64,000 nucleotides of DNA, taken from Myxococcota bacterium. GTDB lineage: Bacteria; Myxococcota_A; UBA796; CAJQPC01. The stretch lies in contig JAZAMN010000073.1 in the NCBI GenBank assembly GCA_036229005.1, forward strand, positions 49,427-113,426, read 5' to 3'. Position 1 is the stretch's first letter. The number at the start of each line of letters is the position of its first letter. The position numbers and the translations under genes are program-made. Shown one piece after another: positions 38,864 to 48,321 of the stretch. The notes under the pieces are model-generated. The model saw only the letters and a program-made list of their open reading frames with translations, was not told the DNA's origin and did not search any database.

Positions 38864-41800
38864 ATGTTTTCGATCACCGCCTCGATCCTCCTGTCGGCCC
38901 TGCTGGCGTGCCGCAGCGCGCAGTCTCAACCCACGGCTCTGGACGACAGCCCAGCGGAGACAGGGGAGGAGGGGCTGGGGCCCTGCGAAGACCCGGGCTC
39001 ACCCTCTCTGGACGGGGTGCTGACCATCGATCGTTGCTGGACCGTGGTCGCCAGCGAGGACACCCGACCGCTGGCCGAGGCCTGGATGTCCGGAGCGCTG
39101 CTCATGGGCTGCGAAGACGAGCTGCCGGAGATGCTGCTGTTGGCCTCGCCGGACCCCGACAGGCCCTTCATCCGGCTCGGACTGGACGAGAGCCTGGACG
39201 GTCAGGCCTACCGCATCCGACACGACGACAGCTCCCTCTCCATCACCGGCGGGAGCCTGCAGGGCCTGCGCTTTGGCCTCAGTGACTGGGTCGCCAGCCT
39301 GGACCGGGTGGACCTGGAGGGGGGCGCGCAGTGGCGGCCGGATCCCACGGACACGCTGAGCACGGGGCCCACGACCTGCTCGGACTACGACGCCACGTGC
39401 GCGGACACCGAGTCCTGCTGGACGGAGACCGGGTGGACGCCCGTCGAGCGCGTGCTCTGGCGCACCCAGGAGGTCGACAACGCGCCCCAGGTGCAGGACC
39501 GCATCGCGTTCGCGAGCTTCAAGGGCACCCAGAACAGCCACTTCCTGCCCAACCTGGTCTACTCAGAGCTGGGCACCTGCGAGAGCCCCCAGGACACCAG
39601 CGCCTTCTGGGAGGGCCTGCTGGGCTGCGACCGCCAATCCGAGGGCACCTGCCTGGAGGTCCAGCGTCGCCTGGACGCCGTGGTCGCCGGGCGCTTCACC
39701 CAGGCCCTGGACGAGGGCCACCCCATGAGCGTGGGGGACTCCGTTGAGCGCTACACCGGCTGCGATGGGGCCCTGCTCTACCAGGACTTCGTGGACTACC
39801 TGGCCCTGCGCGGGGTCGAGCTCGTGCCCACCGTCTACGGCCTGGAGACCCGCATCCCGGGGACCCCCGTGGCCGGCCCGCGCATCTCGGACGAGGACCC
39901 CGCCGAGCTCTGGGGCGTCGCCGGGGACGCCACCCTGAGCCAGGGCCTGGGCCTCGCCACCACGCTCCAGGCCTGCGCGCTGGACGCCGGCACCTTCCTC
40001 TCGCCCGGGGACTGCTCGCTGCTGGACGAAGACGGCCACGTCCAGGGCCCGCTGTGGGTGAGCGAGCGCTACGACGTGGACACCCTGGCGCCCCCCGAAT
40101 CCGTGGGGGCCTGCGGTCCGCTGGAGCTCTGCGCCACCAAGTCGGCCTGCTGGGAGGCGGGCCCCGGGCACGATGGGCAGGCGCTCTGGCCTGCGGCGGA
40201 GTGCAACAACCCCGTGCTGCGCTGGATCCTGCCCCAGGATGGCCGCTGGTACGCCCTGCACTTCGAGGGCGGCATGGTCGAGAACCGCGACCTGCAGATC
40301 AAGCTGATCACCAAGGATATCAAGGGCTTCACCAACGTCATGGACGTGGAGCTGCTCTCCACCACCGACGCCGAGGGCGAATACCTCAACCCCCTGGACG
40401 CCGTCGGGGATGCCCGCGCCGTGCGCTACTCCGTGGTGTTCCGGGCCCCCGCCGCCCACGCGCGCCTCCAGGACGCCTACCTGCAGATCATGGGGGCTCC
40501 CGGCGCCCAGGCCTGGGTCGACAACCTCCAGCTCGCCCAGGTCGAAGGGCAGCTCCGGCACGTCGACGCCGACTCCGTGCTGGGACCGGAGTGCCTGGTC
40601 GTGCACGACGCCGCAGAGGCTCCGCTCGCGGTGGACCCCTTCTTTGAGGGCCAGACCGGGGAGGTGCTCGGCGGCGCAGCCTTCCAGGCCGACTGCCTGT
40701 CCCCCGGGGAGCAGGTCCAGGTCGCCTACCGGAGCTGGACCCACTTTGGCCTGTGGCCGGGCATCGCCACGCGGCAGAAGACCTACACCTACAGCCCCGG
40801 CGTGTTCAACCCGCGCTACTGGGACGACGCCACCAGCCCCACCCGCCAGGTGCAGGCCATGGGCGCGCAGGACCCCGCGTGGATGCTCATCTCCGATCTG
40901 GGGGGGGAGGCGAGGGGAGTGGACCGCCTGGACCCCTTGGTCGACCTCCACACATCGCAGGTCCTCAGCGCCTTTGTGTGTCAGGTGGAGAGCGAGGTCT
41001 GTGAGGGCTGCGGCGACTGCAGCTCCAGTCTGCTGCCTCTCTCCGACCCCGAGTTCGCCCCCTGCGCCTGCGCGGACTGGGAGACCGACACCGGCCCCCG
41101 CCTGCTGATCGCCGGGGACATGTACAGCGCCTGGCACAACGGCGGCGACACCGACACCGTGCCCGTCCGCGAGGGCTATCAGGTCCCCCACGGCGGCGAC
41201 TGGGAGGGCTCCTGGGAGGCCCGGCACGACCTGCCCTCCGACGCCGTCTTCCTGACCTGGTGGCACTACGACAGCCGCCGCGCCGGCAAGGCCGTCGGGG
41301 GGCAGGAGACCGCCCTGGGCTTCGTGCTGGACTACGCTGAGACCGGCCACGCCACCGTCGGCGCCTCCGCCTGGGACCCCGACAACCAGCGCGTCTGGGC
41401 CGCATTGGCCGCTGGCACCGACCGCACCCACGACCTCTCCGTCGCCGGCGTCGCGCAGTTCGGCTGGGGCAGCGACGCCCAGGGCCCGCGGGTCATGGCC
41501 AACGCCGGGCGCTGGTTCTGGAACCCCGGCTGGTCCCACGTGGCCGGCTGGCTCCAGTCCACCGACGCGGGCATGCCCGGGGGCGACGAGTCCAGCCAGT
41601 GGAGCGCCAGCGGCATGCACCTGGAGCCCTCCACCGGCGAAATGATCTGGCCCCAGGTCGGCGACTGGCAGGTCATCGACGGCGACAGCGCGAGCTGGGT
41701 CGGCCCCATGCGCCAGGTCCGCTGGGAGGGGCAGGAGGGCGGCGAGCGGGTGCTCGTGCGCTTCTACGCCACCCTCCCGGCCGGGTGCAGTGTACAGACC

Positions 41801-42124
41801 ACCTTTGCCCACGACGGCCCCAGCGAGGACCTGCTGTCCGTGACCATCACCCCCGACGCCCATGACCACCGCGTCTGGTCCGCCTCGGTGGACCTCCCCA
41901 CCGGGGCCAGCTCGGTGCGCCCCGAGCTGAGCTTCACCGGCTGCGCGGGCGGGGTGCTCGATGCCGTGACCCTCTACGCCAGCCTCCCCGTCGTCGACTT
42001 CCCCTACGCCTGGGAGGGCGAGGGCTTCGAGGACTGGCCGGGCGAAGAGACGGTCGACGCGCGCTTCAAGATCTGCGGGGACGTGGAGACCTGGGACTGC
42101 GTGAATGGGGGGACGTGGGAGTAG
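38864..42124 (+). CDS. Large Cys-rich lipoprotein with GH20-like N-terminal and catalytic-barrel-like segments
   Basis: Lipobox LLAC; QAYRIRHDDSSLSITGGSLQGLRFGL resembles the GH20 N-domain; later LLIAGDMY..WHNGG and TWWHY resemble TIM-barrel strands. Confidence 0.55.
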   Translation: MFSITASILLSALLACRSAQSQPTALDDSPAETGEEGLGPCEDPGSPSLDGVLTIDRCWTVVASEDTRPLAEAWMSGALLMGCEDELPEMLLLASPDPDRPFIRLGLDESLDGQAYRIRHDDSSLSITGGSLQGLRFGLSDWVASLDRVDLEGGAQWRPDPTDTLSTGPTTCSDYDATCADTESCWTETGWTPVERVLWRTQEVDNAPQVQDRIAFASFKGTQNSHFLPNLVYSELGTCESPQDTSAFWEGLLGCDRQSEGTCLEVQRRLDAVVAGRFTQALDEGHPMSVGDSVERYTGCDGALLYQDFVDYLALRGVELVPTVYGLETRIPGTPVAGPRISDEDPAELWGVAGDATLSQGLGLATTLQACALDAGTFLSPGDCSLLDEDGHVQGPLWVSERYDVDTLAPPESVGACGPLELCATKSACWEAGPGHDGQALWPAAECNNPVLRWILPQDGRWYALHFEGGMVENRDLQIKLITKDIKGFTNVMDVELLSTTDAEGEYLNPLDAVGDARAVRYSVVFRAPAAHARLQDAYLQIMGAPGAQAWVDNLQLAQVEGQLRHVDADSVLGPECLVVHDAAEAPLAVDPFFEGQTGEVLGGAAFQADCLSPGEQVQVAYRSWTHFGLWPGIATRQKTYTYSPGVFNPRYWDDATSPTRQVQAMGAQDPAWMLISDLGGEARGVDRLDPLVDLHTSQVLSAFVCQVESEVCEGCGDCSSSLLPLSDPEFAPCACADWETDTGPRLLIAGDMYSAWHNGGDTDTVPVREGYQVPHGGDWEGSWEARHDLPSDAVFLTWWHYDSRRAGKAVGGQETALGFVLDYAETGHATVGASAWDPDNQRVWAALAAGTDRTHDLSVAGVAQFGWGSDAQGPRVMANAGRWFWNPGWSHVAGWLQSTDAGMPGGDESSQWSASGMHLEPSTGEMIWPQVGDWQVIDGDSASWVGPMRQVRWEGQEGGERVLVRFYATLPAGCSVQTTFAHDGPSEDLLSVTITPDAHDHRVWSASVDLPTGASSVRPELSFTGCAGGVLDAVTLYASLPVVDFPYAWEGEGFEDWPGEETVDARFKICGDVETWDCVNGGTWE

Positions 42125-42125
42125 C

Positions 42126-44305
42126 GGTCGGGTATCGGGGGGCAGGTATCGGGTATCGGGTATCGGGTCTCAGTCATCACGCCGCTCCCCTCCGAGGCGC
42201 GCTCTCCCGGCCGAACTCGGCACTCCATCCGGGGACCGGCGCTCCAGTGGCCCGCACGAAGTGCCGGGCCCTCCCCGAGACGTCTCCCCAAGTCGGCTGC
42301 CACCGGCGCCTCGAGCCTGCCTCAACGTCATCGACGGTCGCTGGTCCCCGGTCGCCGCCAGGGGGGCTCAGGCGTCGGGGCTCAGGTATCAGGTCTCAGG
42401 TCTCGGTCATCACGCCTCTCCTCTCCGAAGCGTGCTCTCCCGGCCGAACCCGGCACTCCATTCCGGGACCGGTCCAGACCGGCGCTCCCGTGGCCCGCAC
42501 GCAGTGCCGGGCCCTCCCCGAGACGCCTCCCCAAGTCGGCTGCCACCGGCGCCTCGACCTGGCTGGGCGTCATCGGCGGTCCCCGGTCCCCGGTTCCCGG
42601 TCGCCGCCAGGGGGGCTCAGGCGTCGGGGCTCAGGTATCAGGCGTCGGGTATCGGTCATCACGCGGCTCCCCTCCGAAGCGTGCTCTCCCGGCCGAACTC
42701 GGAACCCCATCCGGCAACCGGCCCCTCCGTGGCCCGCACGCAGTGCCGGGCCCTCCCCGAGACGCCTCCCCAAGTCGGCTGCCACCGGCGCCTCGAGCCT
42801 GCCCCAACGCCATCGACGGTCCCCGGTCCCCGGTCCCCGGTCGCCGCCAGGGGGGCTCAGGCGTCGGGGCTCAGGTATCGGGTATCGGTCATCACGCCGC
42901 TCCCCTCCGAGGCGCGCTCTCCCGGCCGAACCCGGAACCCCACCCGGCAACCGGCCCCTCCGTGGCCCGCACGCAGTGCCGGGCCCTCTCCGAGGCGTTC
43001 CTCCAAGTCGGCTGCCACCGGCGCCTCGAGCCTGCCCCAACGCTATCGGCGGTCCCCGGTCCCCGGTCCCCGGTCGCCGCCAGGGGGCTCAGGCGTCGGG
43101 GGCCAGGTATCAGGCGTCGGGTATCGGTCATCACGCCGCTCCTCTCCGAAGCGCGCTCTCCCGGCCGAACCCGGAACCCCATCCGGCAACCGGCGCTCCC
43201 GTGGCCCGTACGAAGTGCCGGGCCCTCCCCGAGGCGCCTCCCCAAGTCGGCTGCCAGCGGCGCCTCGAGCCTGCCCCAGCGTCATCGGCGGTCCCCGGTC
43301 CCCGGTCCCCGGTCGCCGCCAGGGGGCTCAGGCGTCGGGGGGGCAGGTGTCAGGCGTCGGATATCGGCCATCACGCCGCTCCCCTCCGAGGCGTGCTCTC
43401 CCGGCCGAACCCGGAACGTCATCCGGGGACCGGCGCTCCCGTGGCCCGCACGCAGTGCCGTGCCCTCCCCGAGACGCCTCCCCAAGTCGGCTGACAGCGG
43501 CGCCTCGAGCCTGCCCCAACGTCATCGGCGGTCCCCGGTCCCCGGTCCCCGGTCGCCGGCAGGGGGCTCAGCGTCGGGGGTCAGGTATCAGGCGTCGGGT
43601 ATCGGTCATCACGCCGCTCCCCTCCGAGGCGCGCTCTCCCGGCCGAACCCGGAACGTCATCCGGGGACCGGCGCTCCCGTGGCCCGCACGAAGTGCCGGG
43701 CCCTCTCCGAGACGCCTCCCCAGGTCGGCTGCCACCGGCGCCTCGACCTGGCTGGGCGTCATCGGCGGTCCCCGGTCCCCGGTCGCCGCGAGGGGGGCTC
43801 AGGTATCAGGCGTCGGGTATCGGTCATCACGCCGCTCCTCTCCGAGGCGTCGTCTCCAGGGCGAGCCCGGAACGTCATCCGGCAACCGGCGCTCCCGTGG
43901 CCCGCACGCAGTGCCGGGCCCTCCCCGAGACGCCTCACCAAGTCGGCTGCCACGGGCGCCTCGGCCCGGCAGGGCGTCATCGGCGGTCCCCGGTCCCTGG
44001 TCCCCGGTCGCCGCCAGGGGGCTCAGGCGTCGGGGCTCAGGTATCAGGCGTCGGGTGTCGGTCATCACGCCGCTCCCCTCCGAGGCGTGCTCTCCCGGCC
44101 GAACCCGGAACCCCAGCCTGCAACCGGCCCCCGTGGCCCGCACGAAGTGCCGGGCCCTCCCCGAGACGCCTCCCCAAGTCGGCTGCCACCGGCGCCTCGA
44201 GCCTGCCCCAACGCCATCGGCGGTCCCCGGTCCCCGGTCCCCGGTCGCCGCCACCCACCGACCCCCGACCCCCGATACCCGATACCCGCCCCCCGATACC
44301 CGACC
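42126..44305. repeat. Long-unit tandem array 2 (9 units, periods 218-249 bp) enclosed by 35-bp inverted repeats; reverse orientation relative to arrays 1 and 3
   Basis: Anchor GTCATCACGC at 42173, 42406, 42655, 42888, 43127, 43367 (variant GCCATCACGC), 43605, 43823 and 44061; ends 42126-42160 and 44271-44305 are 34/35 reverse-complementary. Confidence 0.96.
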
Positions 44306-44311
44306 TCCGCC

Positions 44312-45097
44312 TCACTCCGTCGGCACCTCATCCTCAACAACCACCGCAACAACCGGCACCCCAAACACCCGGCTCCACCCCCGCGAGCCGTCGTCCAGGC
44401 GCAGCCAGAAGCGGTCGCCGACCAGGGTGCAACCGGGCAGACGCGCGCCCCAGATCACGTCGTCGGCGTGCTCCAGCAGTGCCTCGCCGGCGAGTACACA
44501 GCTCAAGGAAGGCTCGGTGGGGTGCAGGATCCGGAGTCGTGGGCCCAGAGCGGCGACGCGCTCCAGATCCACCTCTCCCACCTGCTGCCCCTTGCTGGGG
44601 TCGATGCGGCTCCAGCTCCGCTCCCAGGTCGCGGCGTCCAGGATCCGGCGCTCGGCGGCCAGGGGAGCGTCGTCCAGGGGGAGGCGGTCGCAGAGCTCCG
44701 AGAGCAGGGTGGCGGCGTCGGAGACCAGGCGCTCGCGCATCAGGCGGTGGCCGGGCTGCTGATCCTCGAGGCGGCGGGAGAGGGACTTGCTGGCCTGGAG
44801 CACGGCGACGTCCACCGCCTGGTCCACCAGGGCGCGGGCTTCGCCCAGATCCGTCGGGATCTCGGCCCCTTCGAGGTGATCTCGGGCCAGAGAGAGCAGG
44901 GTGGTCTGGACGTGGAGCTGCCAGGCCCGCAGGCTGAGGATCTGACGGCGGCTGCCGGGCACCGCGCGCAGGCGCTGACCACGGCCCTGGAGCTGCAGGT
45001 GCTCGTCGGCGTGATCTTGCAGGACCTGGGCGATGCGGGCCCGGAGCTGGCCGCAGAAGCGCGGACCAGGAGCGGGGCCGGGAGGGACGACAGCCAT
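44312..45097 (-). CDS. Hypothetical protein
   Basis: 261-aa ORF divergent from the glutamine synthetase-family gene; no recognised motif. Confidence 0.6.
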   Translation of the reverse strand: MAVVPPGPAPGPRFCGQLRARIAQVLQDHADEHLQLQGRGQRLRAVPGSRRQILSLRAWQLHVQTTLLSLARDHLEGAEIPTDLGEARALVDQAVDVAVLQASKSLSRRLEDQQPGHRLMRERLVSDAATLLSELCDRLPLDDAPLAAERRILDAATWERSWSRIDPSKGQQVGEVDLERVAALGPRLRILHPTEPSLSCVLAGEALLEHADDVIWGARLPGCTLVGDRFWLRLDDGSRGWSRVFGVPVVAVVVEDEVPTE

Positions 45098-45156
45098 GGC
45101 GGACGGGCTAACTCTCCCCGGTCCGTGCTACGAGAGACACTGGACGGGAGCCCCCA

Positions 45157-46506
45157 ATGGACATCCGGAACCTGCGCAGCGCGGTCGAGCTCCGCGCCCT
45201 GCTGGAAGAGCGAAAGCCCCGCCGCATCCAGGTGGGCGTGACCGACCTGGACGGCGTGCTGCGCGGCCGCATGGTGCGCACCGAGCGCGTGCTGAGCGCC
45301 TTGGAGACGGGGATGGGGCTCTGCGACCTGTACCTGGGCTCGGATCTGGACGATCAGCCCTACGCCGGGCTGCGCACCAGCGGCCGGGTTGCCGGCTTCC
45401 CCGACGCCCCGATCAAGGTCCTGCCGGAGACCCTCCGCGAGCTGCCCGATGACCGCGGGCTGCTGATCCTGGGCGAGTTCGCCGGGCGGGCCGAGAGCCT
45501 CTGTCCCCGCAGCGCGCTCCGGCGGGTGGTCCAGCACCTGGCGCAGACCGGGTTCAGCGCCAAGGTGGGCTTCGAGTACGAGTTCACGCTCTTTGAGACC
45601 ACGGACGACGGCGAGCTGGAGCTGGAGCCCATCTCCCTGGGCCAGCAGGGCTACTCCCTGGCCGACGCGGACGTGCACGCCGAGCTGGTCGACGCCCTGT
45701 GGGACCACTGCGAGGCGCTGGACCTGCCCCTGGAGAGCCTCCACCCCGAGTCCGGCTCGGGCGTGCTGGAGGCGGCGCTGGCCGCTGACGCGCCGGTGGC
45801 CGCTGCGGACAAGGCCGCGTTGTTCAAGACCTTCGTGAAGTCCTTCGCCCGCAAGCGGGGGCTGGTGGCCAGCTTCATGGCGCGCTGGACCCTGGATCAG
45901 CCCGGGCAGTCCGGTCACATCCACATCAGCCTCCAGGACCAGGACGGCCGGCCCGCGTTCTTCGACAAGGGCGCCCCCTTCCGCATGTCCCGGACCATGC
46001 GCGCCTTCGTGGCCGGGCAGCAGCGCTACCTGCCGGAGCTGCTGGCCCTGGCCGCCCCGACGGTCAACAGCTACGCGCGGCTGCAGCCCTCGGAGCGCGT
46101 CCCCGCGGCGGCCACCTGGGGCGTCGAGAACCGCAGCACCGCCCTGCGGGTCATCCCCGGGGCGCCCAAGGCCCAGCGGGTGGAGTTCCGCATCGCCGGC
46201 AGCGACGCGAACCCCTACCTGGCCCTCTCCGCCGCCCTGGCGTCCGGGTCGGTGGGGATCAGCGAGAGCCTGATGCTGGCCCAGCCGGTCAAGGGCAACG
46301 CCCACGACCAGGACTTCCCCGCCGAGATGCAGCTCCCCACCACCCTGGGGGAGGCCGCCGAGAAGCTGGCCGCCTGCGCGCCCGCCCGGAAGGTGCTGGG
46401 CGACGCCTTCGTGGAGCACTTCGTGATCTCCCGCCGCTGGGAGGAGCAGCAGTTCCGTCGCGCCGTGACGGACTGGGAGCTCCGCCGCTACCTGACCCGC
46501 ATCTGA
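45157..46506 (+). CDS. Glutamine synthetase-family ligase (gamma-glutamylamide/PuuA-like)
   Basis: DLDGVLRGR, GFEYEF, HPESG, GQSGHIHISL, PTVNSYARL, WGVENRS, RVEFR..GSDANPYL, VTDWELRRY. Confidence 0.88.
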   Translation: MDIRNLRSAVELRALLEERKPRRIQVGVTDLDGVLRGRMVRTERVLSALETGMGLCDLYLGSDLDDQPYAGLRTSGRVAGFPDAPIKVLPETLRELPDDRGLLILGEFAGRAESLCPRSALRRVVQHLAQTGFSAKVGFEYEFTLFETTDDGELELEPISLGQQGYSLADADVHAELVDALWDHCEALDLPLESLHPESGSGVLEAALAADAPVAAADKAALFKTFVKSFARKRGLVASFMARWTLDQPGQSGHIHISLQDQDGRPAFFDKGAPFRMSRTMRAFVAGQQRYLPELLALAAPTVNSYARLQPSERVPAAATWGVENRSTALRVIPGAPKAQRVEFRIAGSDANPYLALSAALASGSVGISESLMLAQPVKGNAHDQDFPAEMQLPTTLGEAAEKLAACAPARKVLGDAFVEHFVISRRWEEQQFRRAVTDWELRRYLTRI

Positions 46507-46513
46507 GGGACCC

Positions 46514-46945
46514 GTGGAACACCAGGAGATCCGCGAGCGCATCACCGCGCTGGAGACCGAGCTCCAGGACATGGCGCCTGGGCTGGACAAGGCCGAGCGC
46601 GAGATGGAGCTGGGGCGCCTCTGGGGGGCCGCCGGTCAGCCCCAGCGCGCCGCCGCGCTCTTCCGCGCCGCCTATGTCGCCCGGAAGAAGGCCCACGGCA
46701 CCCAGGACGAGGGCGCGGTGAACGCCGGCCTGTCCGCGGCCGCCGCCCTCAAGGTCGCGGGGGAGCCCCGCGCCGCCTGGCAGCTCGCCCAGACCCTGGA
46801 GCGGTCCGTCGGGCCCACCCACAGCGAGCGCGCCCACGTGGTCGCTGTCTACAACGAGCTGCGCCCCCCGGGCTTTCGGCCGGCCACCGCCGCTGGCCGC
46901 TCCGGCCAGAAGGCGCGCAAGAAGAAGACCAAGAAGCGGCGCTGA
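46514..46945 (+). CDS. Hypothetical helical (TPR-like) protein
   Basis: GTG start with GAGGG; amphipathic helices and a basic C-terminal tail. Confidence 0.6.
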   Translation: MEHQEIRERITALETELQDMAPGLDKAEREMELGRLWGAAGQPQRAAALFRAAYVARKKAHGTQDEGAVNAGLSAAAALKVAGEPRAAWQLAQTLERSVGPTHSERAHVVAVYNELRPPGFRPATAAGRSGQKARKKKTKKRR

Positions 46946-46977
46946 GGCCCGCGCGCCCGAACGGGGCTGGAGACACC

Positions 46978-47703
46978 ATGGAACTGCAGGATCAGATCGC
47001 CATCGTCACGGGCGGCGCCCGGGGAATCGGGCGCGCCATCTCCCTGGAGCTGGCCGCCGCCGGCGCCAAGGTGGTCGTGAACTACCGGAGCTCCGCGGAC
47101 GCCGCGAAGGCCCTGGCCGAGGAGATCGGCGGGCTGGCTGTCCAGGCCGACGTCTCCACCACCGAGGGCGTCGAGACCCTCATCCAGGCCGCCGAGGACC
47201 TGGGCCCCCTCCAGATCGTGGTCAACAACGCCGGCATCACCGCGGACGGGCTCCTCATCGGCATGTCCGACGAGGACTACGAGTCCGTGATGAACGTCAA
47301 CGCGGGCTCCTGCTTCCGCATGATGCGGGCCGCGTCCCAGGTCATGATCCGCCGCCGCAGCGGCTCGATCATCAACCTGACCTCCATCTCCGGGCTGCGC
47401 GGGAACGCCGGCCAGGTGAACTACTCGGCCTCCAAGGCTGCCATCGTCGGCATGACCCGCTCCCTGGCCAAGGAGATCGCCCGCCGCAAGGTGCGCGTGA
47501 ACGCCGTGGCCCCCGGGTTCATCGAGACCGACATGACCCAGAAGCTGCCCACGGCGGTGCTGGATGGGGCCAAGAAGATCATCCCCATGCGCCGCCTGGG
47601 GCTGCCCGAGGACATCGCCCCCACCGTGCGCTTCCTGGCCGGCCCCGGCGCCGCCTACATCACCGGTCAGGTGGTCGTGGTCGACGGCGGCATGAGCTGC
47701 TGA
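46978..47703 (+). CDS. fabG: 3-oxoacyl-ACP reductase (SDR)
   Basis: TGGARGIG, VNNAGIT.D, GNAGQVNYSASK, VNAVAPGFIETDMT, YITGQVVVVDGG. Confidence 0.88.
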   Translation: MELQDQIAIVTGGARGIGRAISLELAAAGAKVVVNYRSSADAAKALAEEIGGLAVQADVSTTEGVETLIQAAEDLGPLQIVVNNAGITADGLLIGMSDEDYESVMNVNAGSCFRMMRAASQVMIRRRSGSIINLTSISGLRGNAGQVNYSASKAAIVGMTRSLAKEIARRKVRVNAVAPGFIETDMTQKLPTAVLDGAKKIIPMRRLGLPEDIAPTVRFLAGPGAAYITGQVVVVDGGMSC

Positions 47704-47763
47704 GCGCGGTCCTGCTGAGCGCGTGACCCAGCGGGGGCTGCTGAGCCCGGAGCCCAGCGGCCT

Positions 47764-48312
47764 TCAGTTGACCTCGCTGGCGCCACCGGTGTCGCCGGTG
47801 TCCCCGGGCTCACCGGTGTCGGCGGTGAAGAAGGGATCTTCGTCGAGCCACCCCACGCTCTCATCCACCCGCAGCCGCAGGCGCTCTCCGCCGGCCCCCG
47901 CGCCCAGGCCCCAGGAGTCCGCCTGGAAGCTCATGCGGATGCCGTTGGCCTTGATGTACCAGGCGCGCTCGACGCCGTAGGAGCCCGCCGTGGCCCCCAC
48001 GTGACCGCCCCAGTAGCGGCCGGTGATGTCGTCGCCGGTGGGGTTGTCCAGGCGGGAGAGGTCCAGCTCGGCGGTGGCGGAGGTCGCGACGGCCTCCAGC
48101 GCCATGCCGATGCCCAGCCCCTCGAGCTTCATGGGGTACTCGTGGAGTTCGCCGTCGCTGTCCTCGATCTCCAGCCAGGGCCACAGGAAGACCTGCAGGC
48201 TGGCCTCGATCGCCAGGCGCGCGCTGGCGAAGGTCAGGGTCGCGCGCTCGATCTGGAGCGCGTTGAGTTCGTTCTCGTTTGGACCGGCGCAGGCCAGCAG
48301 CCAGAGCAGCAT
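47764..48312 (-). CDS. Hypothetical lipoprotein
   Basis: MLLWLLAC N-terminus; DTG-rich C-terminal tail. Confidence 0.7.
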   Translation of the reverse strand: MLLWLLACAGPNENELNALQIERATLTFASARLAIEASLQVFLWPWLEIEDSDGELHEYPMKLEGLGIGMALEAVATSATAELDLSRLDNPTGDDITGRYWGGHVGATAGSYGVERAWYIKANGIRMSFQADSWGLGAGAGGERLRLRVDESVGWLDEDPFFTADTGEPGDTGDTGGASEVN

Positions 48313-48321
48313 GGCCCCAGA

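Noticed and set aside
42105..45241. Long ORFs across repeat array 2 (885, 459, 832 and 414 aa) and ORFs in arrays 1 and 3
   Set aside because: Unit lengths are mostly not multiples of 3, so the same peptide hops between frames; no SD or codon bias.
45157..46506. Assignment as housekeeping glnA
   Set aside because: Motifs fit the GS-like gamma-glutamyl ligase group and the GSI-beta adenylylation-loop motif is not evident; symbol withheld.
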